Below are positions 24,626 to 24,899 of a stretch of DNA of 24,899 nucleotides, piece by piece. The notes under the pieces were generated by a model that was not told where the DNA came from, did no database searches, and saw only the letters and a list, made by a program, of their open reading frames with translations. The DNA comes from an uncultured bacterium (lineage in GTDB: Bacteria; Fidelibacterota; UBA2242; JAFGTP01). Location of the stretch: NCBI GenBank assembly GCA_964438745.1, contig CAYTLS010000001.1:1-24899 (forward strand), read 5' to 3'. Every line of letters begins with the position of its first letter. Position 1 is the stretch's first letter. The translations under genes and the position numbers were made by a program.

Positions 24626-24810
24626 ACAAAAAACTAATATTTTTTTGAATTCTCCTCATACAACATAACCTACTGAAAATATTTCATTTATACTTGCAAT
24701 CCTACAGGGTTGTACCTCAAAAAAGTCCAAACCAACAGGATTGGGCGCATACCTCCTTTTTTTTGCAAATATTTAGGCAGCAATTAAAAAAAACAAAAAA
24801 AGGAGTCATT

Positions 24811-24899
24811 ATGATTATTAAAAAATTTAAACACCCCGTTCTCTTTTATGTATTAGCAACCTTGTTGCCCTGGACCTGCTGGTTCATTGCCGGGCATAT
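24811..24899 (+). CDS. 5' end of a membrane protein, probably a CPBP (CAAX/Abi) intramembrane metalloprotease; truncated by the window
   Basis: RBS AAGGAG then MIIKKFKHPVLFYVLATLLPWTCWFIAGH. The PVLFY..T...W..W pattern resembles CPBP N-termini, but only 29 aa are visible. Confidence 0.55.
   Translation, partial: MIIKKFKHPVLFYVLATLLPWTCWFIAGH

Noticed and set aside
64-24668. The many short (60-205 aa) ORFs in the six-frame track that overlap longer genes, e.g. 1112-1729, 1733-2110, 15018-15425, 17236-17535, 22155-22544
   Set aside because: They are antisense or alternate-frame shadows of well-supported genes, with no family motifs or RBS. Their F/L/I-rich composition is expected from the reverse complement of Lys/Glu-rich genes.
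1-24899. Prophage, integrative element or anti-phage defence island
   Set aside because: No integrase, transposase, phage structural, restriction-modification or known defence genes were recognised. The endonuclease V-like gene alone is insufficient, as the family is common in bacterial chromosomes.

Overview
AT-rich bacterial chromosomal window with about 26 CDS and no rRNA, tRNA, CRISPR array or recognisable transposase. Gene content (outer-membrane porin, lipoproteins, ZAS anti-sigma, DUF4154-like proteins, SD-type RBSs) suggests a diderm, plausibly an FCB-group lineage such as Marinimicrobia/KSB1/Calditrichota; this is inference only. Order: 5'-open Cys-rich histidine kinase; ECF sigma / anti-sigma / exported duplicated-domain protein operon (-); galE; hemolysin-III family; TPR lipoprotein; GT4; phoB-porin-phoR (-); DUF523-DUF1722; pyrimidine-dimer glycosylase family; two tandem orphan YfiR/DUF4154-like paralogs; membrane-anchored hypothetical; Mpv17/PMP22 family; DtxR/MntR regulator; orphan SBP; methyltransferase; sdaA; ridA; ftsX; ftsE; membrane AraC; start of a probable CPBP protease. 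The most notable signals are non-coding. (1) An ECF-type promoter (AACTTTT...GTC) lies directly upstream of the ECF sigma gene and recurs upstream of both YfiR-like paralogs 11-12 kb away, suggesting an uncharacterised envelope regulon. (2) Two triplet 11-bp-periodic TTAAC arrays (Pho-box-like) precede phoB and the porin. (3) There are an exact 23-bp and an exact 15-bp intergenic repeat of unknown function. All protein family calls come from motif recognition by eye; no database search was run.
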